Source of the DNA: Octopus sinensis
Taxonomy: Eukaryota
Reading direction: 5' to 3'
DNA: 64,000 bases
Assembly: GCF_006345805.1 (NCBI RefSeq)
Contig: NC_042999.1
Coordinates: 58,714,001 to 58,778,000, forward strand
Made by a program: the position numbers and the translations under genes. The notes under the pieces are model-generated. The model was not told the DNA's origin and did no database searches. It saw only the letters and a list, made by a program, of their open reading frames with translations. Positions 51,200-63,699 of the stretch are shown in pieces. Within the stretch, counting starts at the first letter, position 1. Every line of letters begins with the position of its first letter.

Positions 51200-51475
51200 A
51201 TTAATTTTCTTTTATATTTAACATTTCTATAGGCTACATCTGACGTTATATCATATAACGCTTTTTCAAACAATATTAATAACGTTCAGTAAATCACTAT
51301 ACATATCCATAATTTTCTGTTAAAATGTCTTATTGACGAGTTTCATTTCTTCACTTCCCTGAAGAGAAGATTACATTGTTTTACACTATTTATTCCTTTG
51401 GAATAATATCAGTGAAATCTTCGAAACATGTGTCGGAAGTAAAAGTATTTGAATTATACCTGCGTTAAACTCCAC

Positions 51476-51480
<5 letters not shown>
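51200..51480 (+). mobile_element. HHR-bearing repeat, sister of 35790-36075
   Basis: Homology blocks as listed for 35790-36075; followed by (TA)n. Confidence 0.7.
51353..51440 (+). ncRNA. Type I hammerhead ribozyme, complete core, long loop II
   Basis: ACUUCC CUGAAGA GAAGAU...AUCUUC GAAAC augu GUC^GGAAGU. Stem I 6 bp; G10.1-C11.1 pair present. Confidence 0.88.
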
Positions 51481-51561
<81 letters not shown>

Positions 51562-52244
51562 ATATGTGTGCTTATGAAAACCACTTCTAGGTTCCGCAAC
51601 ATAGCGGTGCAATAAATAGCATGAGATAAAATAAGAGCTAGACGGAACTAAGCGGTGAGGATAAATACACTCGGAGAAAATTCCCGAAGGTAGTACTCTA
51701 ATATTGCTGCAGTTCAATAACTGGAACAACTAAAAGAGGGAGATTAAAATAAAACAAAATTGCGTTTTCTAATAATGCGTTTATTACTCATTGGTGCAGT
51801 TTAAGCTTTTTATCTGAAAGAAGCTGTTATTGAAAAAAAATATTTTCGTTGAAAATCACTAATAAAATAAAGTGTCGAATTTTATCCCGTATTTCCAACA
51901 GTAAAATTAATTAGAAAACGAATAGATTTCTCTTTTGCGTTAATGATAATCCATACCCTGGGTGACATGATACCAAAAGATTGCGGGAAATCTATTTGCC
52001 AATAAGCATCTCAACGACTTGATTAATATGTAATTAATTATAATACGTCAGATTATGAAATAGATTTGAATTACAAATTCTACGTAGTCGTCCAATTTGT
52101 TAGATATAACAGTCAAATCTCCCTCACATCAAACTCATATGTCTCCAAAACCATAGGATTTTGATGGTCAGATGCTTACGATGTTGAGATTCCTCTATTA
52201 AGGTTGACCTGGGGTTAAACTACAAGTATCTTTTTCCTTCTTCT

Positions 52245-52720
52245 TCTATTTGTTTCAGCTATTGGACTGCGGCCATAATGTAGCACTTCCTTGAAGGGTT
52301 TAGTCGAACAAATCGACCATAGTACTAATCTGTAAGTCGGGTACTTATTCTATCATTCTATTTTGCTGAACGGCTAAGTTACGGGCAGGTAAACTCCCCA
52401 ACACTGGCTTTCAGGCTGTAGTGGGTAACAAACCTCCACACACAACACTCACTCTCTCCTCATTCAGTCTCTCCTCCCCTATCTCTCTTTCTCTCCCCTC
52501 TTTCCCTCTCTCTCTCCTCCCTCTCTCTCTACATTCTCCCTCTTTCTCCTTCTCACACATACGCACGGGCACACACATTTATATACGACGATTTTTTTTT
52601 CAGTTCCCGTCCAGTAAATACACTCACAAGGCTTTGGTTGGCTCGGGGCTATAGCAGAAGGCACCCAAAGTGGGGTCGAACCCAAGCCCGCATAGTTGGG
52701 AAACAAGCATCTTAACCATA
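52245..52720 (-). mobile_element. Diverged SINE family A-like copy
   Basis: Reverse tail ttgtttcagctattggactgcggcc and reverse head cactcacaaggctttggttggctcggggctatagcagaag. Confidence 0.65.
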
Positions 52721-53794
52721 CTGCCATTCCATTTACTGACCCATTCATCATACTCTATTTCTCAATCCTTTGCCATTGCATTTATACATGGATGCATGTC
52801 TTTCTCTATATGTCTCTATCTCTTCTCATGCACATATACACACAAACCCGTCCACACATGTGTACTCAAACGTATTAACTGAAGGAATCAAAATGTGCAA
52901 TATACTCAAGTTACTGGTATTTCTTCATGTGGGTCTTCAGCCCAATCTGAAGTACAACCCGCTTCATATTATGTGATTATAATAACGAGTGTAAACAATT
53001 CCCAGCTAGTCATAAAAAAATATTATTGATTATTAGTAATTATGTTTCATAACTTGGTGTTATTTTTTATAATTATGTGGTTCTATACAATTATGACTAT
53101 TATTAAAGCGGCTGCAGAAGTTTTAAATGACGTCTTGAAAGATCAATGATAATGTAATTTTTTTTATTATTTCTTCTACAATATGACTCTTAACATCTAT
53201 CAAAGTCACTCATAAACTTTAGGTCATATCATATAAACATTTGTTATTGTTTTTATGCTGAAGTAATCCCCGTAATACTACAAATCGAAGTCTAAAATAT
53301 GTAGACATTGCATTCGTGTATAAATACATCTTCATTAGATATAGATACGTAACTTCATATTTATGCACACACGCGCGCATATATGTATATGTGTGGGTGG
53401 GTGTATACACACATACATCTATATATACATAGATGTATAATACACAAACCACTATAAATTAGCAAGATGGGGGACGTTTCTGCTAATACTAGATAATAAA
53501 TGACGCAAAAGAGATGGGAAATACTTATTAAAAAGAAAAATAAGAATTTATTAATAAACATATATACTCTCAGAGATATTTTTCTACTGAATCTGTAAAC
53601 TCATAAACGAAAAATATATATCATAATATGACGAAAAATGCAAATATTCCCGTGCTGAATAAATATTATTAGAACTTCTTAATACATGTGGTGTTTTTAA
53701 AGGTAAAACAAATTTGCTTCAGTTTTATTTCTTTTCAATTAAGTTAGGAAACTAAAAATTTATCCAATATATTTTTACCTTTTTACTCGAGTTA

Positions 53795-54095
53795 GTTTCC
53801 CACCCCGGAATATGTCGGGTGCAGCTGTGCATTGTTAACCAGATAGACATGTCGTCTTGGGGTTTCAAAATAGCAGTAAAGTCCGTTCGAACGGACATAA
53901 ATGTTGAAGTGGCTACGAACATTACTTGTTAGTGCAACTACTGCGTTTATCTCAAAGAGAGATAGATTTTATAACAAACATGGATGTCCGTTCGAACTGA
54001 CTTTACTGCTATTCTTTAATCCCGAGACGATATCTCCTCCACCTGGTTAACAATACACAGCTGCATTCGAGACATTACAACCAGGGGAGCGAACC
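53795..54095. mobile_element. Foldback MITE with about 95-100 bp imperfect TIRs
   Basis: tgcagctgtgcattgttaaccag...aatagcagtaaagtccgttcgaacggacat is mirrored at 53984-54085. Confidence 0.75.
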
Positions 54096-54559
54096 CCTAC
54101 CATATTCTAGCGACGGAACCAGCGGACTAATCTGGTTTCGGGCTATATCTGCCTCTCTTTAGTACTGGACACCTCGTCTGCTAGAGATCATATATACGTA
54201 TATTTGTGCGTGTGTGTATATATTCGTGATTTTTTTTCTTGTAGTTTTCTATTACTGGTAGTTCTGTAAACGTAGAAACCTAGTATTCCAAGCTACAGTT
54301 GAAGCCGAAGGTAAATATTTCTACTATGGTGGAGCCACAACGTGTTACGTGAAATCTCGTATTGCTAACCATGAAGCTTCTTTGGTTCTAAATAATCCTC
54401 TGCTCTAAAGATCACCAGCCAAGGCATGCTCGTTGTGCCTAGATGAAACGTATCACATTCTATTTTCTAAGTACAATCTCGTAAATGATAAATCCGAAAA
54501 AAATTACCGATGTTTATATGTACATAATTATACTTTTTCTAAATGTATATACTTATATA

Positions 54560-56100
54560 ATTGTTTTCGAATACATATTATTTCACTATCTTATAATAAT
54601 AACACAATGCATTGGGTATAATTACAACACTATATTTATATATAAACATAACCTATTCCGATGATGCATACACTCCGTCCTAATCACATCTTTGATAAAA
54701 ATCTTACTGTTTAATTATTAGTATTTATAATACCATCTACATATTATTCAAAAAACATTTTTTCTTATTGGACGCATAATTATAACCCCCACAGTCCTTA
54801 ATTAACCCTTAATATTAGCATTTTTAATTATGAACTTTATATTTAATTCCAAACTTATCATAATACAATAATATAATATCCCCTCCATTGCTAATCCCCA
54901 AACCATAGCTCCTGTTTTTATTTCCATTGATTTAACTCACCTATATTCAATTTGTATTTAAACTCTAAAACTTAATACCAAATTCTATTATCAATTTATT
55001 CTTAATTCTATGCAACAATATATATCCTGTTCTTGGTCAATTCCATATTTTTTCCTCCATATCAATATATATACAAACATTGAAATTGTAAATTGTATAT
55101 TAGTTCTCAGCAGCATATTCAATATTCCATCAGTTAAAATTTTCCATATTATGGATACCCATATAGCCCACATTTTAAAACCATGACATTAGCACGCTTA
55201 TTTATTAAAACAATGATCACTTAAACCATATATAATACCCTAATATAAATATAAATTTAATCTATTGATCTCTCATATTTGAAATTATAACATTCAAAAG
55301 ATCTAATATCAAATTTATCCCGACTTTATAATACTATAGTATATAATACTTATTTCATTGTCAGAAGGAAATATATATATATATATATATATACGAAGGG
55401 AGATTACTGGTTATTACCATTATAACCTACATCACATTTAAAAATTTTTTGACATAAAAATATACATTCTTCTCACAAGTAAGTCCTATATAGTCTTTTT
55501 ACATAATGCTTTTTCTTAGAACAACGGAAAATATATCTTAGTTCGTTGAAATCCCAAATGATAACAATAATTATAACTTTTCTCCGAATAACTTTCTAAA
55601 AACAATATCGTAGTATAATAGAAACAAATTGTTTTCCCGTCTCTTTTATTTCTGAATCTATTTTTCGTATCTTATCCCCCACATAAAAAATTATATATGT
55701 TTTTATCCCACTTTTCTCCCATTTCATCTCTTTTCGTTATTTCCCTCCCTCATAAAATTACTTTTCACTTACGTATTTTTTTCAACATAAATATTTATAT
55801 TCATCTCCGTATTATGTAAACAATAACTTTTCTCTGAATGTATATATTAGTACATTGAAACTATAAATAATTAATAGTTATTATAATATATATGAAGTTA
55901 TTTTTCTCTTTTATTTCTCAAAATCATTTATGTTTTTCCCCTGAAAAATCTATTTCATCTCATTCTGTCTTTAATACCCTTAACAGCCCATAACATCCCA
56001 TATTATAATTAAATATCTTCTTTATGTCCGTCAATCCATTATATGTATATTTTTATAATACATTATAGTATTTTAACAAATTTTCAATGTATAATATCTC
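54560..56100 (-). pseudogene. Possible highly decayed L1/Tx1-like LINE remnant
   Basis: Minus-strand traces IIVIIWDFNE (GDFN-like endonuclease motif, about 55550) and WAIWVSIIWK...ELRI (C-terminal-like). Many stops. Confidence 0.3.
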
Positions 56101-56339
56101 CTCACATGAACTCGGCATTTAATAAATTATTGTTTACGTTTGAATATTTGAAAACACTGTCCTCACCTCAGCTTATTTCGTTGTTCAACACCTGAAAGTA
56201 CACATCTATCCCTCTCTTCAACAAGTGAAGAGAGGGTAAGAGAAGATGGTCATTCTGAGGCAACGTGTTTCAGCACTTCTTATCGAAATCTTTAATCGCT
56301 CTATCAGTTTGTATTTCAATGTATAGTTACTCGTGGAAT

Positions 56340-56640
56340 AGTGGAGGCACAGGGCCTAGTGGTTAGAGCAGCGGGCTCGGGGTCGAGGGATCGCGGGTTC
56401 GAATCTCAGACCTGGCGATGTGTGTGTTTATGAGCGAAACACCTAAGCTCCACGTGGCTCCGGCAGAAGGTAATGGCGAACTTCTGCTGACTCTTTCGCC
56501 ACAACCTTCTCTCACTCTTTCCTCCTGCATCTTGCAGTTCACCTGCGACAGACTGGCGTCCCGTCCAGGTGGGGTACCTATACGCCAAGGAAACCGGGAA
56601 ACCGGCCCCTATGAGCCAGGCGTGGCTCCAGAAGGAACAA
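56340..56640 (+). mobile_element. tRNA-head SINE with Meta-like core
   Basis: ggaggcacagggcctagtggttagagcagcggg...cgcgggttcgaatc (A and B boxes) and cctgcgacagactggcgtcccgtccagg...ggaaaccggg. Confidence 0.85.
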
Positions 56641-56884
56641 ACTTAATCGTGGAATAAATCGTCCGAATAGCTGCTCTGTTGTTATACTTTAAACATCTTT
56701 AGTGTACTTTCATTAACGGCGTGCGTCTCTTTCACTTTTTAAATAAATCCTTATATAGTTCACACAAAGCCAGGTTTACCGGAAACTTATCCGTCTACAC
56801 CACACACACACACACACACACACTCATGCTTCATCTTTTATTCTTGATAACTAGAAGCAGAACAGTTAACTACATGATCATCAG

Positions 56885-57030
56885 TAATTATCTGATACTT
56901 TCTTTAATTATCGACCCCAGAGTAATAAAAAATAAAGTTGCGCCCAGTTGGATTTGAACTCAGAATATTAAATTTAACATCAAATATCTCCAGGCATTTT
57001 CCCGTTGTTCAAACGATTCTGACATTCCAA
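56885..57030 (-). mobile_element. Degenerate SINE family B
   Basis: attatcgaccccagag...ggatttgaactcagaa. Confidence 0.55.
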
Positions 57031-57644
57031 CGTAACTGAATCAATAAGCGTCATACATTGGTTACATCCTATATAAAACGTTCAATATTAATCTATTTTC
57101 ATGAAATGTTTATTCAAGAAAATGGGAAAACATTAAATTTGACATGGAAACGCACGTTTATATTAAATATGAAATAAAATTTCCGCATACATGCCAGAGA
57201 GTAAATATATAATGAGAAATAAATATTTTGCAGAATACGTATGTAAACAGTATATTTATATAAACACACATATATGTGCATGTATGCGTTTGTTTGCATG
57301 TATGAATGTACGCACGTGTGTATGTGTTTGTGCATGTACGTAGGTATGTATGTATATGTGTATATATATGAGTGTATCTATGTGGGTGTTTATATATATA
57401 AAATGACACGTGACCAGCGGCTATCTTTCTTTCTTCTTGCACTACAAGAGACGGCACTCATTTTTGCCTGTCTCCTGTCAAAGCTTGTTTCTCCAACATT
57501 CACCATTTCACCTCGTTATGACTTAACATTCCTTACCATTTGTTTTTTCTGTTTTGTTCTTACTGTCCTGTTTTTGTTACCACTTTAACCCTCTGCAAAT
57601 TCCAAATTTTATTTAATTTGTTTTGCGGGAACGACTGTTTTAGC

Positions 57645-57710
57645 GAAGACGCGTCTTGTCCCAAGCGTACGAACGCAGAGTAGATAAAACAGGGGACAAC
57701 TGATGAAGGG
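57645..57710 (+). ncRNA. Candidate circularly permuted (type II-like) hammerhead remnant
   Basis: GAA(g)AC gc GUC^UUGUCCC ...30 nt... GGGACAA CUGAUGA. Stem II pairing is not evident and there is one extra G in the core. Confidence 0.35.
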
Positions 57711-57884
57711 ATTATTCTTTATGTTGGCCGTCTCGTCTCTCTATTTGTTTCTTTCGTTGTCCAAAATATCTTTTTTTCATGTTCTCGTTTGTCATGTTCA
57801 CGTCTTTTCGACGCCCTGTACCCATATATGCATGTGTATATACATATATATGTAGGTATGTACATATATGCATATTTTGTTTTT

Positions 57885-57925
57885 TTTCAGCTCAGAGCTG
57901 CGGCCATGCTGATGCACCGCCGTTA
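57885..57925 (-). mobile_element. Short CAGCTCTGAGCTG-type tail fragment in TA-rich repeat
   Basis: tttcagctcagagctgcggccatgctgatgcaccgccg. Confidence 0.6.
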
Positions 57926-57964
57926 TGTTTATATGTTATTTATATTATATATATATATATATAT

Positions 57965-58460
57965 ATAGTTAATCCAAACATGAAATCACAAAAAGAAAAC
58001 ACAACAACACGAGGACGTGGAACAAGTATGGTGTTAATGGACGCCCAGGAAAGGAAAGAAAGAAAAAGGATTTAACGTTTCGTGCGGAGCTCTTCGTCAG
58101 AAGCATAGGAAAAGGAAAGATTCAAGGAAGGGAAGATGGAAAAAAGAAAATCGCCAACGATACACACGCGGTCACATTTTGAATGACCGATGTGTGTGTA
58201 TATATGTATTTGTCTAAATGAAGGGGACGATCCCACTGCTTTCGCAACTGCTTTAAGATTTGTGAGATCGAAGTATTTGAATACGAAGGTTATAGGTAAA
58301 GATGTGTCTACGGAGGAATTTTCGGAGAGCGGACTTTTCTGCAGCCTAGGATAAATAGATTATTACGGTGTGGAGTGGTTACGTGTGCAGAAACGGATTA
58401 TGGTGGTGGAGAGGAAGATGAGTGATTCAGGTTTTAGAATAAGTAAGGCGGCATCACTTA
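57965..58460 (-). mobile_element. Putative Penelope-like 3' end with decayed HHR
   Basis: Minus-strand LFILGCR-like trace (GIY-YIG C-terminal LIF.LG-like) near 58350, and an HHR-like motif at 58068-58104. Confidence 0.4.
58068..58104 (-). ncRNA. Decayed minimal hammerhead
   Basis: Minus strand: GCUU CUGACGA A GAGC ucc GCAC GAAAC GUU AAAU. Stems I and II carry mismatches. Confidence 0.4.
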
Positions 58461-58699
58461 TGGATATATAGTAGAAGTACTGTCACAAACGTTGAGCAGT
58501 ATTCAATTTTGGTATTCACTTGATGTTTTATAAGTGATTAAGTATTTTCTGTGAAAGCCAGCGTTCGTCAAGTAGTGTAAGTGAAAGTGAAAGTGTAAGT
58601 GAAAGCCAGCGTTCGTCAAGTAGTGTAAGTATTAGATAATGTTAACATATTAAAAGTAAATCTGAATGATGTAACTGATAGGTAATATCCGAACCACAA

Positions 58700-60350
58700 C
58701 AAAGGGAAAGAACGCATATATTTGTAAACACTTTTATGAAATTTAACATATTTGAGAAAGAAGAAGCAGTTACAGGACTCAGTGATTGATAATATAACAC
58801 AAAGCGAACGCTAAGTGAAGAAACCTTAGCATAGAATTAAGCAGGTAAGTGATAAGAGATGCCCTAGGAGAAGAGATGGCATATCGTTGAAAAACATTTT
58901 CTTATTAAGAATTAAAGCCATTGCATAAAATGAAGCAAATCTGGAATCCTTTAATTCAAAAACGATCTTCAGCTCTATGAAAATCTTTTCTTGACACACG
59001 ATTTATCAGATGAAGATAATAATAGAACTGAAATAAATTCATCTATGCAATGGGAAATGCAATATCTATGGATATGCATTAAAGTAGATGTTACTGAATC
59101 AAACTTTCCTTTGGAAGTAAATGAAATTTGAATGCGTTCACTTACTAAAAACCAGTTTAGTTCATAATTATTTCTTGATTTTTACATGAGCGCGAAGAAC
59201 TATGTAGGATAGGACATATTTTCGCTTATTTTGGACAGCACCAACAAGTGTAACACATTTTAAATGATAACTGATAAATCCATTACAAATGAAATAATAT
59301 ATCACCACCAAAACCTGACTTTTTTGTCCATAGTGCTCAGAAAGCGTTTTAAACGTGTTGCGCCACAACTACAGAGCTTGATCAAACATGTATTTAGGTT
59401 GATTAATTTACCAGAAGAGTTTAATGATTCATTAAATGAGATGGCGGATATAAGGTGTTATTGGCTGGCTTGAAATTCTTTAAAGATAAAAGATAGTAAT
59501 AAAAATTCCAGATCGCAATTGCATAAAGATTTTTGATCGTATAGAGTAGTTAACCAGTTGGATTACATTGGCTAAGCTACTGATTGCAATGTTACTTGTA
59601 AATACACGTGAGTACTGGATGTGATCACCGGAGGAAAAAGTGTCAAAAAGAAGTCATGGAGTCTCCATTAACAATCTAAAATCGTATCAGGAAGACTACT
59701 CAAAGCTGAAAATAGCTATTGATAGAGTGGAAGATGACCGTAACACAGAACCATGCTATGATTTCAAAGAATGTGCAAATATTGTTTATATTAGAATGCT
59801 GTTGATAAACAAAGCAGCATTGGGGGTATTCTATGAAAGGATTAACTTGCTTGATGTAGAAATGTATAATAATTATTGACTATGAATACAGTGAAAAGCT
59901 AGCTAAAGTATAAATATTCACAAAGATATCATCTGAATGAAAAATTTGCTCAAACTGAGACTATTCTATAAGAATCTAGTGAAAGCCATAAATTACGTTG
60001 TCCCTCTGGCTGAGTGTGTGTGGTGTGATAAACGAGGTTGAATACGCCAAAGTAAAACTGCAGATTCGTGGTAGAATCTGGAGAAAGGCATGTAAAATAT
60101 CATTCAGGACAAAGATCAATGGACGCAATAGCGTCTAGTGTATGAAGAGCGATATCTAAGTAAATAAAACTTGAAGAGCTCAGCTATATGGCAATGAAAA
60201 GGTGGGGATAAATGCGTAATAAATGGAATTGAGATGAAAAGAGTTTACCAAGCTTACGAGTGAAAGAATGGTGACATTTAGGGATTTGGATAGAAGGAAT
60301 GGGAAAATAATGAATAGTATATGAAAGGAATTCTAGACGAACAGAAATGC
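58700..60350 (+). pseudogene. Ancient R4/Dong-like LINE remnant
   Basis: Traces such as YDFKECANI (FGL.KCA-like) and KNLVKAINYVVP (KN...AIN..AVP). Heavily decayed. Confidence 0.4.
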
Positions 60351-60464
60351 TAAATATTAAAATAACTCAGAGAATCAAGGGTGCAGTCATAGATACGATG
60401 AGGAAGTTCGCTTTTCAACTCTATTATATAGTTCCGTGTTCGATTCTTCTGCACCACAGTTTGG

Positions 60465-61700
60465 GGATCTTTTCATTTTCAAGGCCTGATTGTCAGATTT
60501 TTCTAGTTAACTAAATAATTTGAAACTTCGTATACTGGTAGAGTGTCTCAAAAGAAAACACTAGTTTCAACTTGTTTATTTGAGAAAAATGTATTTTATA
60601 ACTTTAAACGTAGATTAAATCTGCGAATTTTAACCAATCGTATTGTTTGTTTTCATTTGAAATAATTAACTGCATTATCTTAGTGTGACGTAGAAAGCTA
60701 TTTTGTGACGTAGACAGTGTAAGTGAAGTACTTCTGTTAGTGTGTGTGAAGAGACAGAGAGAGTAATGTGTGAAAGAGAGAGATAACTGAAATTTTTTAC
60801 TCGGTGTATGTGTATATGTATGTATGCATGTATGTGTGTGTGTGTATGTATCTATGTATGTGTGTGTGTGTATGTATGTGTATGTACGTGTGTGTATGTA
60901 TGTATGTATGGCCGATTCAGTGTTTACATTATTTCGAGTTAAAACGAAAGATTACCAAAAAAAAAATTTGTCTATATCTTCGATCACTGTCATTATTCCA
61001 TTGAGTCAACCTCATTATTTTCTACATAGCAAAGGTAATCTTTCGTTTTAACTCGAAATAATGTAAACACTGAATCGGCCATACATACATACACACACAC
61101 ACATACATACACACACATACATACACATACACATACACACATACATAGATACATACACACACACACACATACATGCATACATACATATACACATACACCG
61201 GGTAAAAAATTTCAGTTATCACGGAAAGGTCTACTACAAACGAAAGATTGCCAAAGATAAAAAGTTACAGAAATAAAAGTTACACGAATAAAGTAAGGAA
61301 TAAAAATCACAAAAAATATACGAAAATTTACAAAAACTAAGTTAGTTATATAATATATAAGTTTAATATATAAGTTAGTTAATAATATATAAAAAAATGT
61401 GAATAAAAACGAAAGGAATACGGTAACCGGGTATTTACATTTCACGTATGTTAACTACGTCAGCAAAATAGCCGTTTACGTCTATTGAGACGGAGTAAAT
61501 AATATGAAGCCGAAAGACCGAATACCATTGGTTAAAATTCTAATTATTAAACAACGTTAAACTTAGAAATTACAATTCCGTTTTCATTCTGGCTTACAAT
61601 TATGTTTTCTTTTGACACATTCTACCAGTATACGAAGTTTCAAATTGTTTGGTTAAGTAGGAAAAATCTGACAAATCAGGCCTTGAAAATGAAAAGATCC
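60465..61700. mobile_element. Long-TIR (about 250 bp, imperfect) foldback DNA transposon with 8-bp TSD
   Basis: Termini GGATCTTTTCATTTTCAAGGCCTGATT and AATCAGGCCTTGAAAATGAAAAGATCC. TSD cagtttgg at 60457-60464 and 61701-61708. Confidence 0.85.
60782..61220. repeat. Near-perfect internal inverted duplication (arms 60782-60956 and 61034-61220)
   Basis: ggccgattcagtgtttacattatttcgagttaaaacgaaagattacc and the adjacent microsatellite are mirrored. Confidence 0.95.
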
Positions 61701-61991
61701 CAGTTTGGCTGTGTCTTCAGTAACATTTTCAGGTTGACCAACAGATTGTTGATATAATTTGGTCGTACAAAATTAAACCGTACAAAAAAGCCTTTCGTGT
61801 CTGTTTGTATATGGAAATACAAACATCAACAAGGAAACTAAAAAAAAACTGTTTTGTGTGAATTACTTTGCGATACTTGATGCACAACGAGTTACCGGTA
61901 CTCTCTTGTAACTCTTTCCATCAGAAATGTAGTGACTGATTATTGGCTTCGAAGAACCAACAACGTGAACCATGAATAATAATAATAATAA

Positions 61992-62022
<31 letters not shown>

Positions 62023-62039
62023 TAAATAAACATCCTTAA

Positions 62040-62280
62040 ACAATCCTTATTCAGAGACCTTTTGAGCGGAACGGGCTACTTGACCTGAAGAAAATTCTAA
62101 CTGGGCTCCACCTGCAATGTCAAGCGCTGTTTATCTTGATATGAGATCACCATGTCGCGCACACATGGTTGTGATGCATGTGCCCAGTGTACCCTTATGA
62201 GACAGGTAGTCATGATGGGTATACTGGGCTTCGTATATTTTACCCCAGTGTCCCTTTGATGGCATGCATTGCTCTCTCAC
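62040..62280 (+). mobile_element. SINE-like body/tail fragment between (AAT)n tracts
   Basis: GC-richer non-coding block bounded by AAT repeats; family not determined. Confidence 0.4.
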
Positions 62281-63202
62281 TAAATAATAATAATAAGATT
62301 AGAGCGCTAGCCTTGACAGCGGCTGGATGTGTTCTTCGCTGCACTGACCAGTTAGCAGCCGAAGACAAAGTAACTCTAATACAACCCAGCAGAACAACTG
62401 AAAAATAACTAAAAAAACTGGAACATCTACAATTTCTTGTGAGTATTTAAAATTTCCCTAAAAATAAAATTGAAAACTTACCTGTCCGCATTTTTTTTTT
62501 TGACGAACACGAGTATTCGAAAATGCAAACTTCCTTTTTTATTGCAAGAACACTGCAGTTTTCTCTAGTCGGATATACAAACGAACATCTTTAGAAAACT
62601 TAAAAACTTTAATATATACAAGTTTCTGTGGAAATTTTCCATTCTTTTCTCTCTTACTACTCGAATATATAAACATGCCTTTTATTGCAACAACACGATT
62701 AAACGCACGATAAAAATTAAGGAGATAAGCACCTGGCAATATATACAAGCTGTACAATTACGAAAACTGTAAACCTCAGCAAAACTTATAATTCAAAAAA
62801 TTTTTTAAATTCAAAAAAGTTCAAAATTTCAAAACATCGACGTGGTAAACATCAGTATATATATATAATTTTTTTTTCTTTTTTCTGTCAGTAATTAAAA
62901 ACAGAACGAGGTGAATTCGTTCTTTCCAAGGCTAAGGTCAGCGCTCTCATTGATCGCTAGTTGTAGTAAATACATTTGACCTCTGCTGACCGTAAGGATG
63001 TGACGCTTCTTTTGTTTCCTGGTCGTACAGGAATGCGAGGCTTCATTGTTGATTCCTCACCATCTACCGAAACTATTTACAGACCTGTGGAATTTGGTCT
63101 GTTCATGAAGCTGCTTCTCTTCTTCCTCCTATCGGCTCCAACCCTCATATTTATGATTACCTCAAGTACAAGACAAAAGTCGAAACTAAACAATATTTAA
63201 TT

Positions 63203-63320
63203 ATACCTATTTCTTTATTGCCCACAAGGGGCTAAACATAGAGGGGACAAACAAGGACAGACATAGGTATTAAGTCGATTACATCGACCCCAGTGCGTAA
63301 CTGGTACTTAATTTATCGAC
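63203..63320 (-). mobile_element. SINE family B 3' part, young-looking
   Basis: tacctatttctttattgcccacaaggggctaaacatagaggggacaaacaaggacagac. Confidence 0.85.
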
Positions 63321-63699
63321 GAGCAAAGATGGCTGACTTAACTAAATAACTATTATACTGCGCCATGGCTATAGAGATTAGCTGACGCGATTCAGATCAA
63401 GGCACTATTGTTGGTACCTAACGATGAACAATGCTGTGATGGCCAGGTTAAGGTAGTTGTAACGGTATTAATGGCGGAGTTGACAATAGTGTCAGATACA
63501 ACAACCGTCTCTACATCTGCCACACAAGGCTCAATACTACTAATTTTAATGTAGCACAAATATGTTTAACCAAGCAAAAAGGAAAACTACAACAGTACAC
63601 GAAATCGCTTGTCCTATGGTTAATATGGAAGCGCGTCCCCCAGGAAAGAGCCAGCCTGGGGTCGAAAAGTCATCCACTGATACAAACTCTTCTCTGAAT

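Noticed and set aside
54540-56100. AT-rich, strand-skewed block resembling a mitochondrial insertion (NUMT)
   Set aside because: I could not recognise any mitochondrial gene or tRNA. The peptide traces fit a decayed LINE better. BLASTn against cephalopod mtDNA would settle it.
57656-57700. gtcccaagc...gataaa resemblance to a twister ribozyme
   Set aside because: The required pseudoknot partners are not found; the segment is better explained as hammerhead stem I.
58551-58630. About 32-bp direct repeat at 48-bp period
   Set aside because: Ordinary local slippage duplication with no further structure.
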